64,000 nucleotides of DNA from Octopus sinensis. Lineage: Eukaryota. This document shows positions 10,845 to 24,499 of this stretch, one piece after another. Below the pieces are notes generated by a model. The model saw nothing but the letters and a program-made list of their open reading frames with translations, was not told where the DNA came from and ran no database searches. Numbering within the stretch: position 1 is the stretch's first letter; the number at the start of each line of letters is the position of its first letter. Made by a program: the position numbers and the translations under genes. The DNA lies in contig NC_042997.1 of NCBI RefSeq assembly GCF_006345805.1, forward strand, positions 36,952,001 through 37,016,000, in the 5' to 3' direction.

Positions 10845-13800
10845 TCCCGGCCCGAAATTTCTCCGGAATAAACCAGCCAATTCATTCCCGTCGATAGTCA
10901 GGATCTCCCCTAGAACGTCATCTCACTTACGCGCCACTAACTCTCTACAGAAAACCATAGTGGAACTTCTACGGACTGCATTGCCCGACTGGCAGAGGAG
11001 TCAGAGCGCCGAAGGACACTCTAGGTACCACACAACCTGCCTTGGTCTACGTTTGATGCAGGACTGCAGCTGAGTGGAAGAGACGAGATGTGGGAAATTG
11101 TCTGAAAACAGTGACCACTCCTGCTTACAATCTAGGAAACGCAAGAGATAACGCAGCTTCAGATATTCTGCGCATAAATAGACACGTCTTAACATATCTC
11201 CATTTAGCGAGTGCTGATAGAAAATAGAGCTCCTGACCAGTGGAACACGTCCCTTCCACAGAAAGCCGAAAATAGGCATTTCAGTTTGGTAAGAATCGAA
11301 CTGGAACAGGGCACGGTTGGGTGGTAGTAGTTGACAGATGCGATGTAAGCATTCGCCAACTTTTACCGACCTTCCAAGTATGATTTTTTTCAGCACATTT
11401 CCAGGTCTTGCTCGCTAAGTTCTTCTCCACTTGGAGATCTCGACAGAACCAGATCACGACGAATTTAACCGGTCTTTCGGGTAGCGATCAACGACGCGGA
11501 AGGCATGGATCTACAACTTCAGATGCCAAGTTGCAGGCCCACTGATTTCTCGTTATTTTTTCTCCTTTCACCGAATCGTATTCATTTAGAGCCGTGCTTA
11601 CCAGGTCTATGTGTCTGCTGTTCGACATATGACAGTGCCGCATTCTACGTATGCCGACACGGTTCTATCACGTCCTAGTTCGCGCGGGATGACTCTGAAC
11701 TCATCCAGTTTCTGCAGCAATTGCTGTAGAATCATTACATACAGGGAAGACTGGATGGGACACCTTTACAGACTGAAGCAATGATACTAAATGATATGGA
11801 TAGGTAAAAATTCACTCGAACTATCGATCAGCTCTAGCTATATATTGCTGCGATCCAGCTACGGAAAACGGGACCGGAAGAGGCCGCCAATTATTGGTAG
11901 TCAACCCTATCAAAGGCATTAGATTGATCCAAATTGATTAAAGACATAATCATGTCTGCTTCATTACCCTCTCTGTCTATGATGTGTCCCATGAGGTGGG
12001 GGTTGTCGGGGGGGATCTCTTTCGGTCGGGGCATGTTTGCACATCACCAGTTACTTGCTCGACAACAAGCGCCCACTTCTTCGCTTATACCTTGCTCAGA
12101 TGTTTGGAGTCTACATTCAGCAGTGTTATAGGCCTTAAATTTTCTATTTGATCCCTCTTATCTAGGCCCTTTCTCAGCAGTGTGACTACACATTGGCTCG
12201 CTGAACTAGGAATTCTCCGATTGTGCTGGGAGTTGCGGTAGATATCTACTAAAAAGCCGCCAGAAAAGTTTGGCATATAGTAAAGCTCGTAGGGTAGACC
12301 ATCCAAACCAGGCGATTTGCTCCACCCTGCAGCTTATCATCGCGGCTTTGTTACTACGTTGAAACTGTCACTCGCGCCCATTGGGCGGCTTTAGTTCCCT
12401 CGTTTATTAGAGCACGTACATTAGTTCTGACAATACATCTTTCGCGCTTGGCGTTCAAGATTTGGCCCAGGTCTAATCTCGCCATCAACACGTCAGTTGC
12501 AATACTTCTCCAAAGCGCCTCTTATAAGTTCCTAACTAGTTTCCTTCTATTCTATTTATCTCTATTGCTAGTGCCTTACTAAACCTCAGCGATTCTATCT
12601 TAATTGCTCTTTCCGCCATTTGTTGTTGAGGATTGAGCCAGTTAACGCCCGCTTAACTGATTCGCTAACCCAGCACTTGAAGTTTGGAACGCCGGGAGTG
12701 ATGCGTTCAGCTTCCATTAACCCGGTCCCTATCTACGTAATATATCTAAATCGGCCGTACAGTTCATAAATTGTGTCGTCTTAGTAGCCGATGGTATTAA
12801 AAACTGGAAAACATACTATCATTATCTACTGGTCTACAGAATGCTCTATCTATATACGACGTGAATGACTCTGCGGTTAGACCAGGCCCACACTTGCGCA
12901 TTCGGGAAATCCAGCCGGTAACTGTCAGAGAGTTGAAAACATCTGAGCAGGTCTGAGAAGCTTTTGCAGCCACCCCACTTCTATCCCCTTGATTCACACA
13001 TTTCAAACGTGCTTCTAAGATAGCATTCCAGTCGCCAATAAGCATTAAAGGACGAGGCGTTCCAAGGAAATCACCAGACGCCTAAAAAAGTACGGCTACG
13101 GCTATCCTAAAATTAACAGCCACTAATCTGAAAGCAGGCCCGTCGCTACAGCTTACATTCAGGACCAACAACTTACCTTTTGAGTCCAGGAAGATAGGCC
13201 GTATCTTGAGATTCAAGCCACTCCAGATTAGCATCGCTGTTCCACCTATAATTCTCGGCTGACATGGAGACAGATATATCTCGTATCCAACGAAAATTGG
13301 CATAAAAGCCTGTAGGTCAGAGAGTCTGGTTTCACTGATAGTCACTATATCGACGCTTAATGACCTGAGGTCGTTGAGTAGATGACCTTGTTTTAGAGTC
13401 GACCCCGGCCCACGTGCTTTTATATTACCCACTCGGAGCAGGGTCATGTAAGATCAAAATATAGGAGCGGAAGAGGGTACCTACTGTGATTTAGTAGAAG
13501 AAGAAGGGACGGATGTTCCATACCCAGTAGTATGTTCGGATGATTCCATGAGCAGCACTTCATGTAAATGTCTATTTCTGTCCCTCTGGAAAGCCCCTTC
13601 TCCTTCAGGATATTTTGTTTTGATGATGTTATATGAGTTTTGTGATGATTGTATGACTTTAATATATTTTGGTGTGTTGTTTCTCAATGTGCTGAGATTT
13701 GTGTGTGTTATGTGTGTACTGTTAAATTTGTGAGATATTAGTTTTGCTTTGTGTTTATTGTTGATGTCTATTGCTATATAGTTAATTTTGTTTTAAATAG

Positions 13801-15590
13801 GTTGTGCTCGGGGTGATGGTGTTTCTGATGGCGGTGTTTGTAATGGTGGTTGTAGTGATTGTAGTGACTGGATGTTTTTGCCGTTGACAGTAATGGTGTG
13901 AGTGCTGTTTGGAGAGGTGTGCTTGTCTTTAATTGCATCTCCTCTCTTTCATCATACCCATCAGATTTTGTTTTGTTGGTGACGATGCCGTTTTGGTTCT
14001 GTTTCTTTTTCTCTCGTTTGTCCTGAATACTGATTGCTATTCAGGCTGTTCCTCGTCCTCCTCTGTACATGACGTGCCTGGGCAAAGACAAATGGTGTGG
14101 ACATTTTTGGTGTTGTCCTGTGGATAAAGTGGTTGTTTTGTTTGGGAGGGTTCTGTTGCTGCTGTTCGTGTTGCGGCTGGAGGCTGTGTTGTTGCGGTAG
14201 ATGAGGCTGCTACTATTGTGACTGTTGTGTTCGCCTGTCCCTGTTGTTATTTTTGTTGTTGTCGTTGTGGTGGTAGTAAAGGTGGCTGCGGCGGTGGTGG
14301 TGCTTGTGGTGGTGGTGGTGGTGGTGGTGGTGTGGTGGTGGTGGTGGCGGCAAAAGTGTAGGTCTCTTTTCTCTCCTTTACTGTGGGGAGAAAGCCTTTA
14401 GATGGTTTTTGTCTCCGACCAGATGACGGCTTGACTTTCCGCCCTCGACAGCCACGGGAAGTATTGTGCCATCTAGTGGACTTGTATATTCTGACACACA
14501 CTCCACGCTTTGCTAGTCAGCTTGCATTAGGAGCTGCATCCTCTTTCCTAACCAGTTCTACTTGTGAATTTCCTGTATTCGTCGAATTGCAGCCACTAAC
14601 CAGCTATGTTAATTTCTGGTGGATGCTGAATATTTTAACTCCGAATACTCTTCGACCAAGGCAGATGGGATGACAATGCTTTCATCCCTCGTTAAGATAG
14701 CTCTCGAGTGTTGTTTTTTATCATTTCCTCTGAGGTGGACATTGCCTCGACAGTCCAATATTTCCTTCCCTATGCACATACGAATTGGTTTTAAGTATTC
14801 CTCTATTTGCTGCAGTGTTACTTGCTCCACTTTCGTACTTGTGACACCGATTAATTTATATATTTGTTTGGTAACTAAGTTCCTGCCGCTTTTTCGGAAT
14901 TTTGGAATTTATTGTGTTTTTAAATTTTGGAATCTATTTTTTACGAGAATTCTATTTTTAAATCATTATGAAATCTATTTTGTTATTTTTCCAGTTAATT
15001 TTAGTTAATTTTTATTTTATTTTCAGATCATTAAAAGGGAATGTGAAGTTAAAAAAAATGAGCATTTTCAACACCTCGTTGGGAGCTTGGTTGGATAAAT
15101 TTTTCGAGTCGAAATCGGGTGATTTGTATCAACGAGGTATTGAAAAACCTTGTTGAACGTTGGCAAGAAATTGTAAACAACAAGGGTGAACACATTATTG
15201 ATGAATTAGTTGTTATTTTTTATTAGAACTTTAAAAAAAATTAAATTAAAAAAAAAACGGCGGGAACATAGTTGCCAACTGAATACAACTGTCGGCAAAT
15301 TAATTTCTTTTATACAGTTCTAAAAATGTGTAACTCCCCTTTTGGCATTCTTGAAATTATTTTAATCAAAGAGAATATCTTCACTTACTTGCCAGGTCGC
15401 TTGTGCATAACCGAAAAAGTTCCGACAGGATATGATCGTCTCGATTTCGTTGTATTTTTTCGTTAATTATCTTGGTGAAGGTCGTGGTGCTGGATCTGCT
15501 GCTGGCACCGGGAGTGGACGTGTTCACGAGTGTGTTGTTGCTTTTTATTTCATTTTCTTTTGTTCCTGTGATGGTTAAGTGGAAGGCAGG
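10845..15590 (-). mobile_element. Decayed near-full-length Tx1/L1-clade LINE (ORF1 and ORF2 remnants)
   Basis: ORF2 start 13447 with APE motifs (GNIKARG, DIVTISETRL, IGDWNA, YIDR) and RT motifs (DGLPYELY, NLRPITLLNVDSK, QRCP near 11760). Upstream low-complexity ORF1 has a decayed zinc knuckle (R-HLVGDKNHLKAFSP near 14390-14440). The 5' limit is approximate. Confidence 0.85.
14863..15283 (+). mobile_element. Internally deleted mariner (MITE) nested in the Tx1-like LINE ORF1
   Basis: Left TIR TTTGTTTGGTAACTAAGTTCCTGCCG versus reverse complement of right TTCAGTTGGCAACTATGTTCCCGCCG; TA at 14861-62 and 15284-85; retains the transposase C-terminus (WLDKFFESK..LYQRGIE..ERWQEIVNNKGEHIID). Confidence 0.85.
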
Positions 15591-15867
15591 AGCAAGGGAA
15601 ATTCGTTTTCATGTTTAACGTAAGTTATTGTCGTTAGCGTTGTCGTTGCGGTTGCTGCTGCTGCAACTGCTGATGCTACTGCTGATGTTACTGCTGCTGA
15701 TGATGATACTGCTGCTGCTAGAGCAATCAGCGTCTTTCACGACTTGGTCGTTCTCTTTTCCAGACAACCAGCTGTTTCTTCCAGCAGATAGGAAATTGTT
15801 GTTCGTCATCTGTGATTTTAGCAGTGTTGATAGTGAATAACCATAATAATTATAGCTATAGTAAATT

Positions 15868-16015
15868 ATGGTGAAGATAGTTCCAATTATTGTTGGAACT
15901 TTGGGATGTGTTTCAGAAGGAATCAAGAGGAATATAAAGGAAATCGGAACAGAGTGCCCAGTAGAAATGTTTCAAAAGTTTTGCCTTCTTGGCACGGCAA
16001 CAATAGTCAGGAAAG
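15868..16015 (+). mobile_element. R4/Dong-like (RLE) LINE 3' coding fragment
   Basis: Translates VKIVPIIVGTLG...QKFCLLGTATIVRK and is homologous to the end of 17181-17570. Confidence 0.8.
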
Positions 16016-16125
16016 AATCAGAGAGCTGAAAAGAAAGGATAACCTGTTATCGTGGGCTGCATGTAGCAAGACCGCTACACATGCTAAACTCCAGGAGCGC
16101 CAACAAAATATGCGATAAAGCGAAG

Positions 16126-16432
16126 TATTAATTAGAATACTTTGTCATGTGAAATTTTATCGTTGCAATCATGAGATTTCAGTTAGTGAAAAGTCAATTT
16201 TGAGAGGTAATTATTTAATAAAGTTAATGCGTTATGGTTTTTATATTATCAAACATTAATAAATATATTCGATGGCACCAATTGTCATTTACATTGGCAT
16301 CAGTTGTCAGATATAATTCTCTTGTAAGACAAAGCAATTATAACTCTCATATAATTGTGAACATGAGACAAAAAGGGGAAAGTTGCGGCAAACTACTGTA
16401 AATACAATCCAATCTTTAATTCAGATGTGACC
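16126..16432 (+). repeat. ~305-bp direct repeat, copy 1 (copy 2 at 18885-19192)
   Basis: Colinear match at offset 2760, including identical blocks such as ttatcaaacattaataaatatattcgatggcac and ttctcttgtaagacaaagcaattat. Confidence 0.9.
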
Positions 16433-17630
16433 TCAACCTCAATCCAGCTATAGATACCTGGGAAAACTTGATATGGATGGAATCAAACAGAATGACATGG
16501 AGGAAAAGACAAACAGAGAGTACCTGCGACGAGTGAAAAAAGTTTTGGCTTCAAAGCTGAATGTCAGAAACATAATTACGACAATAAACTAACGTGCAAC
16601 AGCAATAGTTCGCTATGACGATGGAATCCTGAAGTGGACATAGGTGGAACTAAAGGTGGTGGGCAGTTAGTCAAGAATGCTTCTAACGATGCATGGTTTC
16701 CATCCTCCATATGCGGACACTGATCTCATATACATGAAGAAATCAAATGAAGCAAGAGTACTGATAGTTATGGAAAACTGCGTGCGTATCGAGCTCGAGA
16801 GTTTAATGAGACACCTAGCCCGAATTAAGGAAACTTTGCTAATGACAGTTAGGAGCAAGGGAGCATTCAAAGCAGAGTAAAAAAAACAAAGGATGAAGTG
16901 CAAAAATGACATCAAGAAGAAGTACGCACGAAGAGACTAAGCAATCAATGCAAGCAGCCACAACGGAAGCTGCTGAAAAAAATAGGTGGGATTGAGCAAG
17001 AGTCTCAGCAATAGGGTGGGTGAAACAATTGCCCCTATCAGGAACGAATGCCCTAGACTTTCCCCAAGCTTCTAAAAGATGTGGCGACACGATCAAGTAG
17101 CAAGTGTGCTACACTGTAAACTGTGAGAAAAGTCTGGGCTAGAGAGATGTAAGACGTGGTATGAGCACAAAACTCAGAGGGTGACAGAGTCGAAGACTAA
17201 CAAAAGCCTCTGGGATTTCTCGAACCAAACAGATCAGGTGGTAGAGCATAACAGGCCGGATCTAGTTGTGGTGGACAATATGCAACACATATGCTATATA
17301 GTTGATGTAGCATGCCTCTCTGGCCAAAGAATATTCGAGAAGAAATGCCAAAAGATTGAGAGATACAAAGCTCTTAAGTGCGAAATAACCCGGCTATGGA
17401 AAATGAAGAAGGTGAAGATAGGGCCAATTATTGTTGAGTTCTCCGGAAGCGTATTAGAAAACATCAAGCGGAATATAAAGGAAATTAGAAGAGACTGCCC
17501 AGTAGAACTCTTACAAAAGTTTTACTTTCTTTGCACGGCCAGAATAATGAGGACCGTGTTAGATTGCTGAAAATGATGGATATCATAGTACCGTAGGCTG
17601 CAGGTAGCAAGCCCGCTAAGTAATAATAAT
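16433..17630 (+). mobile_element. R4/Dong-clade non-LTR retrotransposon, 5'-truncated and decayed
   Basis: YRYLG, EYLRRVKKVLASKLN, RMLLTMHGFHP..DTDLIYM and the RLE domain WDF..QTD..VEHNRPDLVVVD..CYIVDVA..EKK..KIERY; ends in TAATAATAATAA followed by (AAG)n. Confidence 0.85.
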
Positions 17631-17636
17631 AAAGAT

Positions 17637-17866
17637 GAAAAGAAGAAGAAGAAGAAGAAGAAGAAGAAGAAGAAAAAGAAGAAGAAGAAGAAGAAGAAGA
17701 AGAAGAAGAAGAAGAAGAAGAAGAAGAAGAAGAAGAAGAGAAGAAGAAGAAGAAGAAGAAGAAGAAGAAGAAGAAGAAGAAGAAGAAGAAGAAGAAGAAG
17801 AAGAAGAAGAAGAAGAAGAAGAAGAAGAAGAAGAAGAAGAAGAAGAAGAAGAAGAAGAAGAAGAAG
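17637..17866. repeat. (AAG)n microsatellite, ~230 bp
   Basis: Direct inspection. Confidence 0.98.
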
Positions 17867-18275
17867 CTGAGCAAGTAACAAGATCTTGAAATGCAAATTG
17901 GGAAAATGTGGAACCTCAAGACTAAAACAATAACTGCTGCCATATGTTCATTATGAATGATAGTAAAAGGGGGATAATCCTACCTAGCTCAGATAACAGG
18001 AAACCTCAGAATTGCAGAAATTCAGAAGATAGTGCACATTGAAACTTATCATATCCTACGTAAAATACTGTCTATGTAATCTCAAATTTTAAAACAAACT
18101 CATAATTTTCGTATGTTTTCTTAAACATTATCTACAACAATACTTATATGCAAAACCAAATATATGACACCCAAATCATAACACCAACACGAACTTCTAT
18201 CTGGTTCTCTTGAGGTCTCTGGGTGAGACTTGGAGTCATCTTGTACAAATACAAGCCAAAGACCAACAAATAATA
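17867..18275 (+). mobile_element. R4/Dong-like LINE 3' end, second family
   Basis: Decayed LSK..DLE..IGKMWNLKTKTI ... AEIQKIV.I.TYHILRKILSM*, then a 3' UTR ending in (AAT)n. Confidence 0.8.
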
Positions 18276-18290
18276 ACAACAACAACAACG

Positions 18291-18322
<32 letters not shown>

Positions 18323-18344
18323 GATAATAATAATAATAATGATA

Positions 18345-18377
<33 letters not shown>

Positions 18378-18408
18378 TAATAATAAAAACAATAATAATA
18401 ATAATAAT

Positions 18409-18464
<56 letters not shown>
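18270..18464. repeat. (AAC)/(AAT)n microsatellite
   Basis: Direct inspection. Confidence 0.97.
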
Positions 18465-18560
18465 CCTTTCTAGTATAGGCACAAGGCCAGTTATTTGGGG
18501 GAGGGAAAGAGTTCATTACACCGACCGCAGAACACAACTGGTACTTATTTTATCGAAAGG
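18462..18560 (-). mobile_element. SINE 3' fragment related to the 44619-44849 family
   Basis: Shares actggtactta-tttatcga with 44708-44727; its tail runs into the (ATT)n tract on the minus strand. Confidence 0.6.
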
Positions 18561-18884
18561 TAAGTGATGAAACGCGATGTTACCTCCACCAAAACTACTA
18601 TTCCCCAATAAACAAAAACGACAATCGCTATTGTATGTATCAATAACATTAATCATAAATTAGAAGAAAATAGCTTATATCTATGTATTGATATGAATAA
18701 ATGATAGCACTGATACTTGAGTGTGTATTTGCGCCTCGAGTGATGCCTGTTCACTTTGCAAAAACAGTGTATTAAAATTTAAACAATATTGTTGCGTTTT
18801 TTAAAGATATAAATACTATGCAATTTTATGCATTTTCTCTATGAGAATATACATCTTCCAAGGAAATTATTTATAGTAGTTTAG

Positions 18885-19192
18885 TAATTAAAATACGTTG
18901 TCTTGTGAAATTTCATTGTCGCAGTCATGAGATTCCAGTTAGTGAAAAGTCAAGTTTGAGAGGTAATTATTGAATAAAGTTAATGAATGTGTTATGGTTT
19001 TTATGTTATCAAACATTAATAAATATATTCGATGGCACTATTTATCATTTACATTGACATCAGCTGTCAAATACAATTCTCTTGTAAGACAAAGCAATTA
19101 TCCCACTCATATGATTGTGAACAAGAGACAAAAGGGGAAGAATAGCGCCAAACTACTGTAAATACAATCCAATATTCAACTGAGATGTGGCC
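18885..19192 (+). repeat. ~305-bp direct repeat, copy 2
   Basis: See 16126-16432. Confidence 0.9.
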
Positions 19193-21754
19193 AAACGAGA
19201 CACCAATTATAACAACGGAAAATGATTAATATTTTATGAATATAAATAAATAAAACACAATATGTAAAGAAAATGACTTCGGATTCTAATAGGCTGATAA
19301 TTGCCAAATTGTGAGATAGTATTTCATTCAAAACTGATTTAACCTCAAAGAGTAATGCCTACACAAGCTTTCTGTTTCATCTCTAATTATAGGAAATCAA
19401 CCATTAAATTAGCGATCTGACGAACATACAGTGGCCTCTCAGTACTAACTTTATTAAATACATACGTTCGACATTTAATTACGACGTATATTAAATGTAA
19501 AATTTGTCTGTGTTATAGTTTATGCTTTTTCAAATTTCACTTAAATTATTTCGAATGTTTACCCATTTGCTGTGATCTGATTGTAATGTAGATTATGCCA
19601 GGTACATAGTACTTTACCTATATGTAAGCTTTCTTATACATTGCTACTGTTTATTATTCTACGGGTGTTATTTCTTCATCATCTTTTCGCAGTTCTTTAA
19701 CCAAGCGCTTATTTCAAGGCTTTCCCGCAGTGGCCATCTCGAAGTTCGTTGGATATCCAGCGCCATATCATACAATTTATTATTCTATTCTTGTCTGGAA
19801 GACAGTATCTGAAAAACATCAAGCAATATTTGGAATAATATTTAGTGAAATGACAGATGTGTTTTCCAATATTAATATAGAAGAATAATCTATTCAAATA
19901 GGAAGTTCTTGCCGTTATGTTTGCCAAGGTATAAAAGCAACATAAAGAAATGAAAGCATGTGGTTACTTATGTAGTATTGACAATTCAATATTCGAAATT
20001 AAAATGTACCCACAACATCTGAAAGCGGGAAAACAGCATAATTATGCATCATTATGAGAATATATTTCGGTTGAGAAACTAACAAAGATGGAACATACTA
20101 GGAGAATTGCAAATATTCGTGACACATCATGTTTGAAGAAATGTTTCCGAAACTAACGGAAATTAGATAAAATTCCTAAAATTATATATGTTGTTGCAGT
20201 AGTCAAAATTAGATTCATTAAAACAAAAATTAAAGAGAACCAAAATAAAATGAATGAATATATTAATTAGCTTTCATAAAAATTAGAATTCCAGAGCTTT
20301 AAACCCGAAAGTTATGGAAATTAAAAGAGACAGGGTAAACTTTTAAATAAGGCTGGGGATCGATAATACGTTATTGCTAGATAGAATAATTGATATCTCT
20401 TCATATGTTAGTGTGTGATTTCAGTGACTATTTAGCTGTTATTCATAGTAGGATGATTGACTACCTAACGAAACCTCCATTCATTACTTTTATGTTAAAT
20501 ATGAGTATTTAATATGACATGGTGTATAAAGTTATAATAACAATGATGAATTGCATTCAGAATCCGGAATGAAGTTGTTCATATCTTTCTTGTTTTTCAG
20601 CCTTTTATCATCAAAAGGAAATAATGCAAGTGAAATTTATGCTAGCATTTTCTGTTGTATTTCACTAACAATTCATGATTTGTGTCTATTTCTTGGAAGC
20701 ATTTTTGAAATAAAATATTGCATATGCGGTACCACTTAGGCTATAGAAATTTTCAAAAAGCTTCTCTGGTTTAAATATCTCCTATAATTAAAAGTCCCAC
20801 TGACAATAACGTAAACATTCTTCTCATTGTCTGATATTAACATGGCAAATGTTAGCGTCATGTTTATTTATTATTCATTTAATGGACACTGCATGACTTG
20901 ATGGAATATTTGAATAGTGGAAAGAACTAACTATATTCAGCTCTTTTCCATCCATGCGTCACAGATACACATTGGCATACACACACACCCATAGATATAT
21001 ACACACACATACATACATATATACACACAAGCATACCTACATATACTTATATGCGTGTGTGTATGCATATGTATGTACACACACATACACATATGCGCGA
21101 ACAGATGTGCATTAATTTTCCATTGGGAACATGATGTATTCTACATTATTAGCAGTCAAATAACGGGAATTCATATATAGATATCCATGAAAAAAACACG
21201 ACAAGATTGTCATTGGAAGAAGGAATATTAAGTTCGAATCCTTCGAAATCCTTGGGCTACATCTCCATAGTATCATCCGATTCTATGGATTTTTATTGCA
21301 AAATAAATGTCTTACCCTAATTCGCAATTAACAGCGATAAAAGTAAGCTTTACACCCACAATGTTACCTTTTCTTTAATTGTGACAAGACTTTGTTTGAG
21401 AGAAAATTATTTTTTGATTTTCGTATTAGGTCGGAAACATAATTCTGATGCTAAAAACATATTTTGGTCACTCTAGCACGGCGGTATTGCATAGTAGGAT
21501 AATCGAGGTATTGTGTGAAGTGAATGCAGTTATTAACACATATGTTAATATGTATTGATATCCTATTGTCTGAAGATAGATACGCTGTGTTAGTATCGAG
21601 TAATGCTCTAGACGTCCTTGATTTTATTGTGTTTGACAATGTCAGAGAAATCAGCTCATTTAACTGATATATACATTAGTGGCATTAAATGATTTACAAA
21701 TATGTTTAAGCGTTAAGGACAGAACACTCAAATGTATCGACCCCATACTTAAAA

Positions 21755-22115
21755 CGAATAAATACCTATTAAGTTTAGACGTAGTTTCCCTCTACGCCAC
21801 TGTATCTGCTCCCCCGGTCGTTGATATCTCCATACACCACACCACGTCCTTGACCCCCACATCTCCTTGTCCCTCACCCCCTCCTCTCCTGAAACCTCCT
21901 CTTCCACATCTTCCCCTTCATCTTCTCCCACCACCATCCATTAACCTCTAGCTCATCGGCCTCACACCCTCGGACATACGAGAGCTAATAACCATTACAT
22001 TTGGTAACACCTACCTACTTCCAATATAACGGGGTGATTTACAGACTTCCGGCCTACCTATGGGATGAAGCCTTTCAGGCCTGCTGGCCACAACATACAT
22101 GGATAAGCTAGAACG
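21755..22115 (+). mobile_element. Penelope-like element RT fragment
   Basis: LLSLDVVSLY motif (21767-21796), then FGNTYYFQYNGVIY and LLATTYMDKLER, typical of PLE reverse transcriptase. Confidence 0.75.
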
Positions 22116-22786
22116 CACAACACCCAACACATGCATCTTACATACACTTACATACAATTATAACATTTCACAATTATAACAATAATATTTACAGATCAAT
22201 GCGATATACGAACCGATATTAAAAGCAAGTGAACTGAGGTATCGTCTTTTGTAAAGTTTGCTTCTAATTTTTTTAATATAACGGGATATTCTTTGAATCA
22301 GGCAAAAGTATAAAGCATCCACAGCTTAAAATGATATAACCATTATCAATGCAACGCTCATAATTATCGAGATATATTCCACTGCGACACGCTTGTACAC
22401 AAGAAAAGCAATTAAGATATATTATGTATTTTCTCATGTATGCTACTAACCTTTCATTCAACTATCATTTAAATTATTCAAGCAGTAAAAATATCATTTG
22501 CGTCGTAATATTTATGAGAATTCGTAAGATACATTTTCTTTGAACTGGGCTACATACAGTACGAAAATTTTATGATTTCATATAAAATACCATCAGATAA
22601 ATTAAGGGATGATAATTTGCTATACAAAATTGTGTATAATTGGAATTGTACATAAGTGAATTTAGTTTCGCGATAAAATTAAGAACGACAGATGGCATTC
22701 TCATCCGCACCGAATACCTCCCATAACCTCAATAAAGTTAACACACATACACACAAAAACATATATATCTATGATGCAATGGCAAA

Positions 22787-22881
<95 letters not shown>

Positions 22882-22882
<1 letters not shown>

Positions 22883-22997
22883 GTTAATCCAAACAAGAAA
22901 TCACAAAAAAAACAAAAAGCACAACAACGCGAGGACGTGGAACAAATAAAGTATTATTGGACGCTCAGGAAAGAAGGGAAGAAGGGAAGAAGGAGGG

Positions 22998-22999
<2 letters not shown>
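22882..22999 (-). repeat. Truncated copy of the 7700-8040 repeat family
   Basis: gttaatccaaacaagaaa..cacaacaacgcgagg..gaacaaata..tatt.gacgctcaggaaagaagg matches 7701-7800. Confidence 0.85.
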
Positions 23000-23044
<45 letters not shown>

Positions 23045-23534
23045 TATATATATATAGAGAGAGAGAAGCTTCTAAGTGGAAGGAAGGACAACATTGTTGT
23101 TTGTCTATATGCTTAACTTCTTGTAGGTTTTAAGCGAACATATACTAATGTGTCCATATGTTTTAATTTAATTAAATTCTATGTCTCTGTGCAACTGATG
23201 ATTGCTCTGCATTTAAACTGATGTAATGGTTGCATTGTTCAATTAAATGGAGTTGCATGAAACGATCGTACTGCATTACTGCTGTATATATTTGCTGATT
23301 ATTTTTATTTTGATCACCATATTTGACATTGTATGGATCATAGCGAACTAAATTATGGTGCCTCAACTTAAGTACCATAGTCATCTGAACTCATATATAT
23401 ATATATATCAATAAGGAAATGGTGGGGATCAACAGTTGGCATTCATCAACTTTTAGACATCATATATACATATAGATATGTATATATATATATATATATA
23501 TACATGTCCATATACATATATATATGCATATACG

Positions 23535-23578
<44 letters not shown>

Positions 23579-24499
23579 CATATATATATGTATATATATA
23601 TGTGTATGTGTGTCTATGTATGTATATGTATAAGAATGCGTGCATAGATATATGTATGCATGTATGCATGTATTGCATGAATTTGCGAACACATTAACAC
23701 AGAGATGTGTGTTTACGAATTTCGCTTTCCAAATACGCGTTCAGGTTATAGCACGTTGTACTGTATCTTTCTAATATAACTCCTTCTCTACCCTCGAATC
23801 GATCGCGTACGGTAAAACCTGAGGAAAAATACCAAGAAATCTTATAATATAGGCATTTTTACACATGAATATATTTTGTTGCTCAAAGGTCTATAATTTC
23901 ACACACAACCGTCACTTGCTGCACATGCAATTGTCCAGTATTTATCAAAACGTTCATTCAGGCAGCAGAAATTAAATATACAGATATCGCACTTCTGTAT
24001 TTCACATCTGCTAAATGTGTTGAGATAAAGTTGCTAAGTCTGTTTCAAACTTACTATTTTCCATGTCTTTCCCTTAATATGATATCGCGCATGCTTTCAA
24101 GGTCTCGGCTGGTCGTCCAAACAAGCACAAAATCATAAGAGATAACGGGGTTACAATGGTGCAGGTTTCATAGTTTTATCAAAGTTGCTATGTTTAGCTT
24201 GTAGCAGTAATCAGCTTTTGTGCGGTCAAAAACCTCATCACAGGAGGCGTTATCTTTAAATGGAAGGACGGGTAGTCACATACTCAGACATACTCTGCCT
24301 GAAAATAAATTATCGCATCAGAAGGAATATTCTTCGATAAATTATTAATGATAAAATCGCTGATGGCTGTAAGAGAATAGTGAGTAGTGTATATTGATAG
24401 TGATCCACAGCTTGTAAGAGGGTCAATACAATAAAAGCTGAAGGTTATAGTAACAAAGCAGTGTTTGATACAGGAACGTTAAATGGTGATAGAATTAAA

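Noticed and set aside
17485-17943. Poly-F/S, poly-L and poly-R/E ORFs (similarly poly-I/Y/T at 33368-33725 and 62644-62922, and LSIY repeats at 29125-29559)
   Set aside because: Translations of (AAG)n, (AAT)n and (ATAG)n tracts.
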